Source of the DNA: Pelagomonas calceolata
Taxonomy: Eukaryota
Direction of reading: 5' to 3'
NCBI GenBank assembly: GCA_918797485.1
Contig: CAKKNE010000004.1
Span: 2,356,001 to 2,420,000, forward strand
DNA: 64,000 nucleotides
Position numbers and translations under genes: made by a program
The notes under the pieces: model-generated
Told to the model about the DNA's origin: nothing
Database searches by the model: none
What the model saw: the letters and a program-made list of their open reading frames with translations, nothing else
Shown here: positions 10,076-20,743 of the stretch, piece by piece
How the letters are laid out: each line of letters opens with the position of its first letter
Numbering within the stretch: the first letter of the stretch is position 1

Positions 10076-11176
10076 ATGGCAGCAATGAACGCGGACAACG
10101 AGGTCTTCTTGACGGTAGCGCTGCCCACGGACATAGTCACACGAGACTATCGCCTTCAATGCCTCCGGGAGGCGGACGGCGTGCGATCCGTCGTCGTCGA
10201 GGAGGACAGAGTACGATGCGGTCCCTTCGTGCTGGGAGACGAGGCCGCGGTGCCGCCGCTTCTGTACGCGTTCGCGTGCGCGGCCGCCGACGCGGGCGAG
10301 GACCCGGTCGTGACGTTCGACGAGGCCGAGGACTGCCTCGAGTTCCTGCGCGCGGTCGCGCAACAGCGGCCCGGCGCGGCGGCCGCAGCGGCAAAGACCA
10401 TCGCCGCCGTCGAGCGAAGCATCAGCGACTCGGCACCGCTGCCGGAAGCGGACCGCGCCGTCCACGAAGTGGGAGCCTTCCTGCCACACGAGTGTAGCAA
10501 GATCATTGAATACGCCGAGGCGCACGGCTTGGAGCGGGGCGCGCGGCATGCCGCGCACGCGACGACCGACGTGTCCTGTTTTGATGTACCACAGCTCCGG
10601 TGGGTCGCGGCCGCGTGTTCAGAGCGCGTCGTCCCGCTGCTCGCAAAGCTATTCGGCGTTGATGATCTAGTACTCGCCGACCTCTTCGTGGCCCGCTACG
10701 CGGCCGATGGCCAGCGGGCGCTCGAGGAACACGAGGACGGTTCGCCCTGGTCGTTCGTCGTGCCGCTCAATGACCGTTTCGAGGGGGGCGGCACGCAGTT
10801 CGTCGAGCTCGAGGGCGCGCCGATCTTCCGGCCGGCGGTCGGCGCGGCGCTGCTCTTCTCGGGCAAAAATCGCCACCGGGGCGTCGCCACGACGGAAGGG
10901 GTGCGCTACATTCTGGCCGGATTCGTCGACGTGCGCAAGGGCTTCGTGGACAAGCGCAAGCGGTCGCGAAGCCGGTCACCGCCGCCGGAATCGTCTCCGC
11001 AGTCGCGGAAGCGTGCGCGCGGCGCGGCGGCCTCGCCCGAGTCCTCGCAGAATCAGGGGGCGGCTGCGTTCGACGCCTGCGCTCGGGCCGCCCGCCCCGT
11101 GCTCCAGCAGCTCGCAGGCATGCCGGATGACCGCGCACGCCTCGCTCAGGCTGTGCTCGACGCGATTCCGGAGTAA
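10076..11176 (+). CDS. 2OG-Fe(II) dioxygenase (P4H/PLOD-like catalytic domain)
   Basis: LFVARY...LEEHEDGS (HxD), LNDRFEGGGTQF, distal H in RHRG, RYILAGF. Confidence 0.85.
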   Translation: MAAMNADNEVFLTVALPTDIVTRDYRLQCLREADGVRSVVVEEDRVRCGPFVLGDEAAVPPLLYAFACAAADAGEDPVVTFDEAEDCLEFLRAVAQQRPGAAAAAAKTIAAVERSISDSAPLPEADRAVHEVGAFLPHECSKIIEYAEAHGLERGARHAAHATTDVSCFDVPQLRWVAAACSERVVPLLAKLFGVDDLVLADLFVARYAADGQRALEEHEDGSPWSFVVPLNDRFEGGGTQFVELEGAPIFRPAVGAALLFSGKNRHRGVATTEGVRYILAGFVDVRKGFVDKRKRSRSRSPPPESSPQSRKRARGAAASPESSQNQGAAAFDACARAARPVLQQLAGMPDDRARLAQAVLDAIPE

Positions 11177-11215
11177 GTTGTATGCGTGTGTATTTCACGG
11201 TAATTTAAACAAAAA

Positions 11216-12142
11216 CTACGAGTCAAGCCAGTCCTGCACGAGCGCCACGAGGCCGACCAGCGCCACGTCGGTCCGCAGCGTCCGCGGCCCGAGCGTCACG
11301 AGGTCGAAGCCGTGCCGCCGGAGCGCGAGGAGCTCCCCGGGCTCCTCCCAGCCGCGGTCGGGGCCGACGCACAGGACCGCTTTTCCGCTCGCGTCCACGC
11401 CCTCCACTAACTCCCGGAGCCGCCGCGCGCGCGGCACTTCGGTCATGGCGCCCGTCGCGTCGTCGAGCGCCTCGAAGCCCTCGCCCCGGTCCGGGTGCGC
11501 CGCGAGTCGGAGTGCGTAGTCGTTCTCCGCCGCGGCCCGCAGCGCCGGCCGCAACGACCCCGCGAGCGCGACTCTGGGGAGCGCGCCGTCGCCGCTCTGC
11601 TCGGCGCCCTCGACGAGCAGGTCGCGGAGCTTCCCTGCCGGCGCGGCGCGCGGCACCGCGTCCCGTTTGAGGCCCTCGAGGAATTTGGCCCCGAAGTAGC
11701 TCCGCTCCGTCCGTTGCGCGCCGCACAACCACAAATTATCCACGCCGAGCGAAGATAACGTCGGCAGTATGCGTTTCAGCCGCAGCGGCGCGGGCAAGGC
11801 CAGGATCACGTCCAGGCGGGGGCGCGTCGCCGGCGTCGCCAACCCCTCGGGCAGCTCGAGCCGGAGCCGCCCTTGTCCGTCCAGCGCCGCGGCGCAGTCC
11901 GCGGCCCCTCCGTCGAGGACGCCGACTCGCAGCGTCGCGTTCGGCGGCGGCGCGCCGCGCCAGATGATTGTTTTCACGTGCTCCGCGCGCCGGTCGGCGG
12001 CGTCCAACGTCAATTGCGGCGCTGTCGCCTCCTCGGCCGTGAGGAAGAGGCGGTTCAGGTGTCGCCGCGTGAGCGGTCGGCGCGCGACGCGTTTCGCGAC
12101 GAGTGATAAGGCTGCGGGGAGCAGCATGAGCAGGCGGCGCAT
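11216..12142 (-). CDS. rsmE: 16S rRNA m3U1498 methyltransferase (SPOUT), probably organelle-targeted
   Basis: EGAEQSG, VGPDRGW, LGPRTLRTDVA; signal peptide-like N-terminus. Confidence 0.85.
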   Translation of the reverse strand: MRRLLMLLPAALSLVAKRVARRPLTRRHLNRLFLTAEEATAPQLTLDAADRRAEHVKTIIWRGAPPPNATLRVGVLDGGAADCAAALDGQGRLRLELPEGLATPATRPRLDVILALPAPLRLKRILPTLSSLGVDNLWLCGAQRTERSYFGAKFLEGLKRDAVPRAAPAGKLRDLLVEGAEQSGDGALPRVALAGSLRPALRAAAENDYALRLAAHPDRGEGFEALDDATGAMTEVPRARRLRELVEGVDASGKAVLCVGPDRGWEEPGELLALRRHGFDLVTLGPRTLRTDVALVGLVALVQDWLDS

Positions 12143-12351
12143 ATGTTATGTACGTGGTTGCGCCGCGATGCCGCTTGCAGTCCAGTGCTCCTGCCTGGGT
12201 GGGGCAGCACTCTCGCTTATGGTTGCTCAGAGCTGGCGCAGCTTTGGCGTGGTCGCAGCGCAGCTATAGCACTGCGTCTATCGGCATTAATCGTTGCGTT
12301 TGCAATGTCAAGACGCCACCAAGCAGCTTTGCGAAGAGTTATGTTTTGGCG

Positions 12352-12373
12352 CTAGCGGCCTGTAAGACACTAG
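12352..12373. promoter_or_regulatory. CTAG-N12-15-CTAG promoter-region motif (representative copy)
   Basis: ctagcggcctgtaagacactag. Related copies at 714-734, 820-840, 5332-5351, 8387-8408, 9866-9885, 13948-13967, 16642-16661, 28684-28705, 31958-31980, 35118-35138, 42036-42057, 46666-46688 and 56680-56700, all intergenic and upstream of starts. Confidence 0.65.
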
Positions 12374-12547
12374 TATTTTCCAGCCTTTTGCGCCCCGGCA
12401 AGCGCAGCGGTGCAAAGAGCAGGGCGCGCGGGCTCACCGCATCGTCAAAGAGGCCCAAGACACCGCGGCAGCGATCGCTGCTGGTCTGCGGTCGCGTACG
12501 CTGCGCATAATTCGTATCCAGCTGACTCGCCGCGCGAGAGCACGACC

Positions 12548-13849
12548 ATGGCGACCACCGACATCGACAAGTTACTCCTGAGGCCGACGCCCTTCGGATC
12601 TGAGTCAGGCGCTTTGGCTGTTGGTGAATTTGACCCGGGCAATGACACGCGGGAATTCCTCACCGAGACCTGCAAGGTTTTGGTAGTAGGCGCCGGCGGC
12701 CTCGGCTGCGAGGTCCTCAAAGATCTAGCCTTGTCCGGCTTTAGAGATGTAGAAGTGATCGACATGGACACGATCGACGTCTCGAACTTGAACAGGCAAT
12801 TTCTATTTCGACAGAAAGACGTCGGAAGGCCGAAGGCCGAGGTCGCCGCCGAGTTCATCAGAGAACGCGTGCCGCAGTGTAATGTGATCGCACACGTGGG
12901 CAAGGTCCAGGACAAGGACGCGGACTTTTATTCGCGATTCAACGTGGTTTGTAGCGGATTGGACAACGTCGAAGCGAGAAGGTGGCTCAACGCCATGCTC
13001 GTCGGCCTGGCGGAAGTGGATGATGAGGGCAACGTCATAGATCCGTCGCAAATCATACCCATGGTTGATGGGGGTACGGAAGGTTTTCGGGGCCAAGCGC
13101 GAGTCATCATTCCTCGATTCACGTCGTGCTTCGAGTGTTCGCTGGACTCCTTCCCGCCGCAGCGAACGTATCCACTCTGCACCATCGCGGAAACACCGAG
13201 ATTGCCGGAGCACTGCATCAGCTACGCGCAGCTCGTCGAGTGGCCAAAAACGAACCAACGGGCCATCGACACCGATTCGCCGGACGACATGAAGTGGCTC
13301 TTCGACGTCGCGTCCAAGCGCGCGTCCAAGTTCAACATCGAGGGCGTCACCTACATGAAGACGATGGGCGTCGTCAAGAACATTATTCCCGCCGTGGCGT
13401 CGACGAACGCTGTCGTAAGTGCGATGTGCGTCAACGAGGTGTTCAAGCTCATGTCCTTGTCGTCGCAAACTCTCAACACGTACCACATGTACATGGGGTC
13501 TACGGGCATCTATTCGCATACCTTTTGTTACGGGAAAAAGAACGACTGCCCCGTGTGTTCTTCTTGTGTCCGTACGGTGACTTGTTCTGCTACGAAAACT
13601 TTGGGCGAACTCGTGTCGGATTTAACGGAAGAGCCCCTCAAATTGAAAGCTCCTTCTCTAGCCACGGCCGACGCTACTCTGTACCTGAGGAAGCCGAAGT
13701 CGCTCGAAGCCGCGACGCGGCCGAACCTCGACAAGCCCTTGTCAGCTTTAGTGGCGAACAACGCGGAGATCACGGTCACGGACCCGGTCTTCCCGGGGGA
13801 CGTCGCGCTCACGCTGCGGGTGTGCTTCGCGCAGAACGGGGCGGCGTGA
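12548..13849 (+). CDS. UBA3: NEDD8-activating enzyme E1 catalytic subunit
   Basis: VLVVGAGGLGCE, DMDTIDVSNLNRQFLFR, DGGTEGFRGQAR, PLCTIAETPRLPEHC, KNIIPAVASTNA. Confidence 0.95.
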   Translation: MATTDIDKLLLRPTPFGSESGALAVGEFDPGNDTREFLTETCKVLVVGAGGLGCEVLKDLALSGFRDVEVIDMDTIDVSNLNRQFLFRQKDVGRPKAEVAAEFIRERVPQCNVIAHVGKVQDKDADFYSRFNVVCSGLDNVEARRWLNAMLVGLAEVDDEGNVIDPSQIIPMVDGGTEGFRGQARVIIPRFTSCFECSLDSFPPQRTYPLCTIAETPRLPEHCISYAQLVEWPKTNQRAIDTDSPDDMKWLFDVASKRASKFNIEGVTYMKTMGVVKNIIPAVASTNAVVSAMCVNEVFKLMSLSSQTLNTYHMYMGSTGIYSHTFCYGKKNDCPVCSSCVRTVTCSATKTLGELVSDLTEEPLKLKAPSLATADATLYLRKPKSLEAATRPNLDKPLSALVANNAEITVTDPVFPGDVALTLRVCFAQNGAA

Positions 13850-14186
13850 GCGCGGTCCCCTCCTTAAGTGTAACGTTTATGATGATATGGCGCGGCAGCG
13901 ACGGCGTGCGGCTGGGTCTTTTGCGGATGGCTACGGTTTTTTTAGTCCTAGTATGTTTGCGCACTAGCTAGCTCCGCTGCGAGGCTGCTCTCGCGAGGGC
14001 GTTAAGGGTGCCAGCCCGGGCAGAGAAGGCGCGCAAAAATAGTGCACTGCTGCGGCGAGCCGGATTGCTGCGGCGCGCGAGCCGTGCAACGCCGCGCAGC
14101 ACGCCGTCCCCGCGAGCACTCGAGCAGTGCACCTGGCCCAGCAGCGAGGCCGCGACAAGCTCACGCAAATAGAGCACCAACCTAAA

Positions 14187-15552
14187 ATGTCGGCCCTCGA
14201 CCGCGCCACGGCCGACGAGACGGAGCGGCCGCCCGACCCAAGTGCCTTCGGCGTCTACTACGCGCGGCTGCAGCACCAGCAGAACATGCTGCAGGACGTG
14301 GTAAGGACGGACACGTACCGAAGGGCTATTGTGGGCAACGCGGATGATTTTAGGGGGAAGGTTGTGTTAGATGTCGGTGCTGGGACGGGAATTCTGTCGT
14401 TCTTCGCGGCACAGGCCGGCGCCGGGCGCGTCTACGCCGTCGAGGCGTCGGCCATGGCGGAAAGAGCGGCATCTCTAGCAGCGTCGCAGGGCAACGCTCG
14501 GTTAGCCCGCTACGCGCCGGACGAATCTCGAGCAAAAGCGGGCGCGCTGTCCACGTCGAAGCTCTCGGCGGACGCGGCCTGGGACGCCCTGGACCCGACG
14601 GCGCGCATCCACGTGGTCCGGGGCAAGGTGGAAGATGTTACTATACCTGAACACGTGGATGTTATTATATCAGAACCTCTTGGCACGGAACACAGCGTCT
14701 ACGTCAATACAAACAACCCGGATGACGACACACGCAAAACAATCCTACGCCGAGCCAAAACGGCCTTGAGAGATACGCACATAACTCAGCTCATTCCGAC
14801 GGGTTACTTACTATATACACACATCCCCATGTCGCGATAAAATCTCACTCACGTGTATAGGTTTCTTACTCGTCCACGAGCGCATGCTCGAGGCCTTTAT
14901 TAATGCAAGAGATAGGTTTTTGAAGAGTGGAGGCCTCGTCATGCCCTCGAGGGGCGACATATTTGCGCAGCCGATCACCGATGGTCAGTTGTGGCAAGAG
15001 CAGGAAGCCAAGGCAAGTTTCTGGCGTTCCCAAGATTTCCATGGGGTCGATCTGTCGGCGTTACATGATGCGGCCCTCGACGAGTACTTCGGCCAGGCGG
15101 TGGTCGGCTATTACCCGCCCGAGGCGGCTGTAAGTGACGACGTCGCGACGTACGCTTTTGATTTTGGCACTTGTAGTGTGCAAGACCTGCGGAAGTTCGA
15201 AATTCCTTTCTCGTTCCGCATTACGAAAACAGCAATACTCCACGGCTTCGGCTGCTGGTTCGATGCCCGTTTTGACGGGTCGACGGAAAGGGTAGTACTC
15301 TCGACGTCACCGAAAGCCCCGGGCACGCACTGGTACCAGTCTCGACTACTATTGCGACGGCCGATCGCCGTCAACCCCGGCCAATCTATCTCGGGTACCT
15401 TGTCATTTAAGGTTAACGACCGCCTGTCGTACGACGTTGAGGTGAATGTGGTCTTGGACGGGACGTCGGTGTCTTCGCACCAGCGCGTGCGTTTGGACGA
15501 CCAGATGTACCACTACCTGACGCCGGGCCAGCCCCAGGTGCCGCACGCGTGA
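14187..15552 (+). CDS. CARM1: Protein arginine methyltransferase PRMT4/CARM1-like; exons 14187-14682 and 14861-15552
   Basis: [37 protein letters not shown] joined across a GC-AG intron (14683-14860), THWYQ loop. Spliced length 1188 nt, in frame. Confidence 0.92.
14715..14805 (+). ncRNA. Candidate intronic double-guide box C/D snoRNA targeting LSU rRNA
   Basis: Terminal stem aacccg/cgggtt; box C ATGACGA 14722-14728; D' CCGA 14750-14753; C'-like TTGAGAGA 14766-14773; D CCGA 14796-14799. Guides aacaatcctacg and aactcagctcatt are complementary to conserved LSU segments CGU(N)GGAUUGUU and UGAGCUGGGUU. Confidence 0.75.
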
Positions 15553-15599
15553 AGAACGCGCCCTCCCCCTCTTACGTTTCGTAGTAAGACACAAGATTA

Positions 15600-16472
15600 T
15601 TACTCCATTCTATCGTATCGCGGCGGCGTGATGGCGAACTTCGCGTCGGCCGCGTGCCTCCTTTTATGTCCGCGGCCCGCGAAGAACAGCTTGTCGGGCC
15701 AGTGCGGTTTCTCGTGCCAATTCAGCTGGGGCAGCTCCACGGTCGCATCCGCCGGCAGCCGATCTAGTAACGGATCGAGCGACGGGCCGAGCGCGGCCTT
15801 GTCCGCCTTCGAAATTGGTAAAGCAACGGCTCTGACGGATGGGTCGTCGACGACGGCCAGCACCTCGTTGACCGAGCCGTCGCCGAAGGGCCGATAGATC
15901 TTCCCGCAGTCGCTCGCGAACGTCGCCATGTTCTCGACGACGCCCAGGATCGGTATATTAAACTTGCGCAGCATGCTCACGCCCCGCACGACGTCCGCGA
16001 CCGCGAGCTCCGACGGCGTCGTCACCACCACGCAACCGGAATAGTGCGCCCGCGCCGCTAAGGCGCGGGGAATTTCGCCCGTGCCCGGCGGCGTATCCAC
16101 TATAAGATCGTCCAGCCGGCCCCAGTCCGTCGTGTGGAGCAGCTGCACGGCGAGCTCGCCCGCGCCGCCCGCGCCCCGCGGGTCGATGTCCGCCTCGGAA
16201 TCCCACAACTCCCCAATGAACCCGAAGCTCATCAGCTTCATGTCACCAGCCTCGACGGGCGCCATGCGCCAGCCGTCAGTTGTGGGTGTGGCGCGTTTGT
16301 CTTCACCTAACTGCGTCGGCAGCGACGGGCCGTGCACGTCCGCGTCAAATATACCCACGCGGCGGCCGCGGCCGGCCAGGCGTCGCGCCAGCTCGAAGGC
16401 GACGGTAGATTTACCTACACCGCCCTTGCAGGATGTGACGCCGATGATGCGGCCGATTTGGGACGTGGCCAT
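15600..16472 (-). CDS. Mrp/NBP35-family P-loop ATPase (HCF101-like Fe-S carrier)
   Basis: SCKGGVGKST, DADVHGPS, DTPPGTGE, VVVTTP, GVVENM. Confidence 0.85.
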   Translation of the reverse strand: MATSQIGRIIGVTSCKGGVGKSTVAFELARRLAGRGRRVGIFDADVHGPSLPTQLGEDKRATPTTDGWRMAPVEAGDMKLMSFGFIGELWDSEADIDPRGAGGAGELAVQLLHTTDWGRLDDLIVDTPPGTGEIPRALAARAHYSGCVVVTTPSELAVADVVRGVSMLRKFNIPILGVVENMATFASDCGKIYRPFGDGSVNEVLAVVDDPSVRAVALPISKADKAALGPSLDPLLDRLPADATVELPQLNWHEKPHWPDKLFFAGRGHKRRHAADAKFAITPPRYDRME

Positions 16473-16744
16473 GGGGCTCTCTTGCTAGGACGATGTTGTC
16501 GTGCCGTTCAGTCCAAACGATTGCAGCGCTGCACAATGTTGTGACGTACACGCAATTAAACACTGCCGCACTCAACAACTCGAATGAATGTGCGCGTTCT
16601 CGCTGCGCGTGCTGCAAAAACGTCACTATTTTTTTGCCTAACTAGCGGAAAGACACACTAGCAAAACTCTACGCCGTCGCTCCGAGGGTCAGCTCGGAGG
16701 CGACATACTCATTTTATCATTAAAACTTAAACTCCCAAGACGAG

Positions 16745-18025
16745 CTACTGCTGCGCGCACTGCTGCACCTGCGGCCCGCGCCGCCGGCGCCCGTCGTCGT
16801 CGTCCTCGTTCGTCGCGTCCCCACCATCGGCGCCCGCGCCCCTTCCAAAATCGTCCATGCCGCCCTCGACACGCGTCAGGAAGGCCTCCTCGGCCTCGTG
16901 GCCGAGCAGTTCCCTCACCGATTCGTTCTTCTCGGCCAGCTTCTTCAGAGCCTCGGCATCCGCGCCGACGACGGGATGGTCCAAGGGCGCAGGCAAAGCT
17001 TTCTTTAGATACGCTACTGCTTGTGATGATAAGGAACCGTCCGTCGGAAAGGCGATGTGGAATAGAACAAACAGCCTCCCTTTATCAAAAGGGTTCCCGT
17101 ACTTCGGCATGCCCTCGCCGTCGACGCACATGACGTAGGGCACGCCTGACCGCACCTCGGGCCGGATGATCTGGCCCGGCTTCGCTTGTACGCTCAACTT
17201 TCGACCATCTAGCGTGGGCACGACAAATTTGAACCCTGTCAAGGCCTCCACGAGGCCAATGTCCTTCCTAATCAACAAATCAGCCCCGTGTCGCTTATAC
17301 AGGGAATGGGGCTTCTGCTGAATCACAAAATGCACATCGCCCTGTTCCGCCCCAGCCGCTTCCGAGCCTTTATCTTTGAGCTTGATCTTCGACTTGTCGG
17401 CGGCGCCCTTGTCTATTCTGACTTCAACTTCGCAGCGCTCCTTCTTCATCTGAGCGCGGTAGCCGCCATTACACTGCGAGCACTGCGCTTGCGCCCTCGT
17501 AACCATCCCAGGCGCGATCTGCACGTTTTGGACTGTTATTCCAGTGCCGCCACACGTCGCGCACTTCCGCGGTTCGCCCACCAACGCATCTCGTTTATAG
17601 GCGAGCTTGACGGTCTTGCCGCAGTACAGGTGTTCTAGCGAAGCTTTCACTGTGAAGACCAGGGGTTCCACCTTCCGCTTGCCATTTCTTCGTCGCCCGC
17701 CCCCGAACAAGTCGAAGATGTCGCCCATGCCTCCTCCCGGACCGCCGCCTTCCTCCAATCCTTCGAGGCCATACTTATCATACGTTTTCCGTTTATCTTC
17801 GTCAGACAGGACGTCGTAGGCCGCTTGTAATTTTTTAAATTCTTCGGGGTCGCCGCCCTTGTCCGGGTGCATCCTCAACGCCTTTTTCCTATAGGCTTTT
17901 TTGATCTGCGCCGCCGTCGACGACTTCTCGATTCCTAGCGTCTCGTACAGCTTCGTCGTGTCGGCGGGCTCGCGCTTCTGGGGCATGCCGGGGAAGCCGC
18001 CGCCGGGCATGCCGCCGAAGAACAT
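16745..18025 (-). CDS. Type I DnaJ (DNAJA/Ydj1-like) co-chaperone
   Basis: J-domain HPDKGGD, G/F region, C-terminal domains, CaaX end CAQQ. Confidence 0.92.
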   Translation of the reverse strand: MFFGGMPGGGFPGMPQKREPADTTKLYETLGIEKSSTAAQIKKAYRKKALRMHPDKGGDPEEFKKLQAAYDVLSDEDKRKTYDKYGLEGLEEGGGPGGGMGDIFDLFGGGRRRNGKRKVEPLVFTVKASLEHLYCGKTVKLAYKRDALVGEPRKCATCGGTGITVQNVQIAPGMVTRAQAQCSQCNGGYRAQMKKERCEVEVRIDKGAADKSKIKLKDKGSEAAGAEQGDVHFVIQQKPHSLYKRHGADLLIRKDIGLVEALTGFKFVVPTLDGRKLSVQAKPGQIIRPEVRSGVPYVMCVDGEGMPKYGNPFDKGRLFVLFHIAFPTDGSLSSQAVAYLKKALPAPLDHPVVGADAEALKKLAEKNESVRELLGHEAEEAFLTRVEGGMDDFGRGAGADGGDATNEDDDDGRRRRGPQVQQCAQQ

Positions 18026-18482
18026 GGTTGTTCACGAGAGTAATCGATCGGTCGAGGTCGGTGAGGCTGCTCTTGCGAGCGCTTCCTTTGCAAAGGGCTG
18101 CCCTTCCGTGCGAGCGAGCGAGCCGAGCGAGCGAGGAGGACGGGCAGCCGCCTCTGTTGTTTGCGAATGGCTTGCGAGCGCTGCAAGCAAGTCCACTGTG
18201 TGACAGTCGAACTCTTGGAGCTCTTCTAGATCAAGCTAGTGGGAAGATTTGAACGCGAGCGGGTCCGGGACAAGCGGTCCCGAGCTCTTCGTGGTTGGCT
18301 GCCCTTGGGACGAATAATACTTGCGGCTAGAGTCCTTGGCTAGCGCACTGTGAGAGCATCGATGCTCTCCGCTGCCCCCAGGCACTGCTATATTGTGCTC
18401 TCACTGCGAGCGTTGCCCAGTTACGCAGACGTATCACCTCAACGAGTTCGTGCGATTTAGGCCACAGGGATTCGCAAGCACG

Positions 18483-19441
18483 ATGCGTTTTGCACTGCTT
18501 GCATTGCTGAGGGCCTGCACCACTCACGGCCTGGCACTGAACCGCCGGCAGGCCCTGGGAGGCAGTGCCGCGGCAGCGCTTGCCACCGGTGGACCGGCTC
18601 TCGCAGCAGGCAAGCCCATCGCGGTCATTGGTTCGGGCGGGCGCACGGGATCGCTGTGCGTCGCGGCCTGCTTGAAGCGCGGTCTCGCAGTGAAAGCGCT
18701 GTCGCGCTCGGGCTCGGCGCCGCCGGGCGTCGACGCCGACCCGCTGCTCAGCATCGCGGCGTGCGACGTCCGCGACCCGAGCACCATCGACGTGACTGGC
18801 GCGGGCGCCGTGATCTACGCCGCGTCGGGCAGCAAGAAGGGCGGCAGCCCCCACGAGGTCGACAATCTAGGTGTCGTCAACGCGGCGAAGGCGTGCGTGG
18901 CGGCGAAGGTGCCGCGGCTGGTCGTCATCTCGTCGACGGCTGTGACGCGGCCGCAGTCCCTGGGATATAAGTTCACCGACGTGTATGGTAAGATTATGGG
19001 CGAGAAGAAGCTCGGCGAGGACGGCGTCTACGCTACGTACGCCGGCTCGGACCTGGCGTACACCATCATTCGCCCCGGCGGTCTCGAGGAGCCGAAGGAG
19101 AACGTCGTGCAGGGCCCCGGCGCGCTGGAGATCTCGCAGGTGCGCCGCGGCGTCCTCATTGTTTCCGCCTCGACGCCATCGACGCGACCCGTCCGCAGGG
19201 AGATGCGCTGGCCGGCATAATCTCGCGCAAAGATCTGGCCGAGGTCGCGGTGGAGGCGTGCGCGAGCCCGGCCCTGCGGGACGCGACGTTCGAGCTCTAC
19301 TACACCAAGGGCGCGCAGCCCTGCGAAGGAAAATTCAAGAAGCTCCTGGCCGACGAGTCCTTCCCGCGGCTCCACGGCGACTCGTACGCCGCGCTCTTCA
19401 AGGGCGTCCGCAGGGACGGCGCCTACGACGTCCCCGCGTAA
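18483..19441 (+). CDS. NAD(P)-binding atypical SDR (Tic62-like), probably plastid-targeted; exons 18483-19139 and 19199-19441
   Basis: Signal peptide + RRQAL; GSGGRTG; VDNLG; YTIIRPGGL. GT-AG intron 19140-19198 gives ISQ|GDALAGIISRKDLAEV. Confidence 0.88.
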
Positions 19442-19452
19442 CAACAAATAGG

Positions 19453-20556
19453 TTAGACCTCGTCCCGCGGCGACGATCCAATTTTGGCTTGCTCAGCAGC
19501 TCGCAGCTTTTCGTGGTACTTCGCCAGCCTCCTTTTCCGCCGCGCCGCGGCCTTCGGCCCGAGCCGCGCCTCGTAGGCCCGGCACTCCGCCAGGAGCGCC
19601 CGTAATAATGCCGCCTCGAGGCGCTCGTGCCTCGGCCACGTCTTTGATGCTGGGTACGCCTTCACCAAGACATAGTTCAGGGAGCGCGTCGACCGCAAGT
19701 AAAGCATGGCGTAGTACCGTAAAGTTTTAACGAAGAGCCAGGCCTGGCGCGGCAGGCGCCACGCCGTCTTGAGCACGATTCTGATCTCTCTTGTATTTAA
19801 CACCATCAAGCCATAGTATCTTGAAAAAAAACGTTCGATGGGGCCCTCATATCTATGCATGACCTGGTTGAGCTCGTTGACCGTTTCTTCCCGAGCTTTG
19901 ATCAGAGCTTTCGCAAACCCGCGCCGCAACGCGTCGTCCGTGAAATTTGCATATCTTTCCAGGAACGTCCCCACGCAGCGATCGCGCAACGGCCGGACGC
20001 AACACCTTCGGACGACAAACACGACAACCCTCAAAGGGATGCCAACCACCACGCCCAGCAACCTTCCTAAAGAAGCAAACCCATCGGAATCCCACGAGCC
20101 CCGCTTCACGAAGAGTCCGATCCTATCTTGGGGCGCCGCCCGGTTATTCATCTTCCAGAGCTTCTCCTGCATTTCAACCGAATTTTTCGCTTGCTCCCAC
20201 ATGGTCAGGTAGTGCCGCGCGTTCATCGCCGTGCCGTTGCTCGATAGAGACGAGAGGTTGTAGGCCCTGATGTCCAACAGTTTTTTTGGGTCGGGCACAG
20301 CGTACGAAAAGTTGCGGCGGGGCACCTTGACCTTGATGGCGGCGAGCTTGGCCCTTCTTCCTCTTCCTAGCAATTTGGCCCGCTCCCACCGCTCCTCAGC
20401 CTCCATTCGTTCTTCGAGCGGCAGGGCCTTCCGCGCGACGGCGTAGACGCGTTCGATGTTTCGTCTCCGCTTCGAGCCCTTGCGCGTGTTGTTCGCGTCG
20501 GCGCCGAATTGTAGCTTCGCTGCGGCGGCGTGGAGGAGGAAAGGGAGGAGGCGCAT
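19453..20556 (-). CDS. Hypothetical protein with signal peptide
   Basis: 367-aa ORF, MRLLPFLLHAAAA N-terminus, one hydrophobic segment. Confidence 0.65.
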   Translation of the reverse strand: MRLLPFLLHAAAAKLQFGADANNTRKGSKRRRNIERVYAVARKALPLEERMEAEERWERAKLLGRGRRAKLAAIKVKVPRRNFSYAVPDPKKLLDIRAYNLSSLSSNGTAMNARHYLTMWEQAKNSVEMQEKLWKMNNRAAPQDRIGLFVKRGSWDSDGFASLGRLLGVVVGIPLRVVVFVVRRCCVRPLRDRCVGTFLERYANFTDDALRRGFAKALIKAREETVNELNQVMHRYEGPIERFFSRYYGLMVLNTREIRIVLKTAWRLPRQAWLFVKTLRYYAMLYLRSTRSLNYVLVKAYPASKTWPRHERLEAALLRALLAECRAYEARLGPKAAARRKRRLAKYHEKLRAAEQAKIGSSPRDEV

Positions 20557-20743
20557 GGCTCGTCGCGGCGCGCAGCCGCTGCTGCGGTGGCAGGGGCAGC
20601 CCTGTGCGGTTCTAGTACGTCTACGTCTAGCTTTTCACACCGGCATCCGCGGCGAGACTGACGCTATCTATAGATCGTCAACTGGCTGCCCTTCACTCAG
20701 AAATACACCATCAGCTGCCTCTGCGAGTCCTGGGCTCGCCGCG

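Noticed and set aside
16676..16704. Hairpin gtcgctccgag...ctcggaggcgac downstream of DnaJ
   Set aside because: Single GC-rich stem; bacterial-style terminators are not expected in a nuclear genome, and there is no other support.
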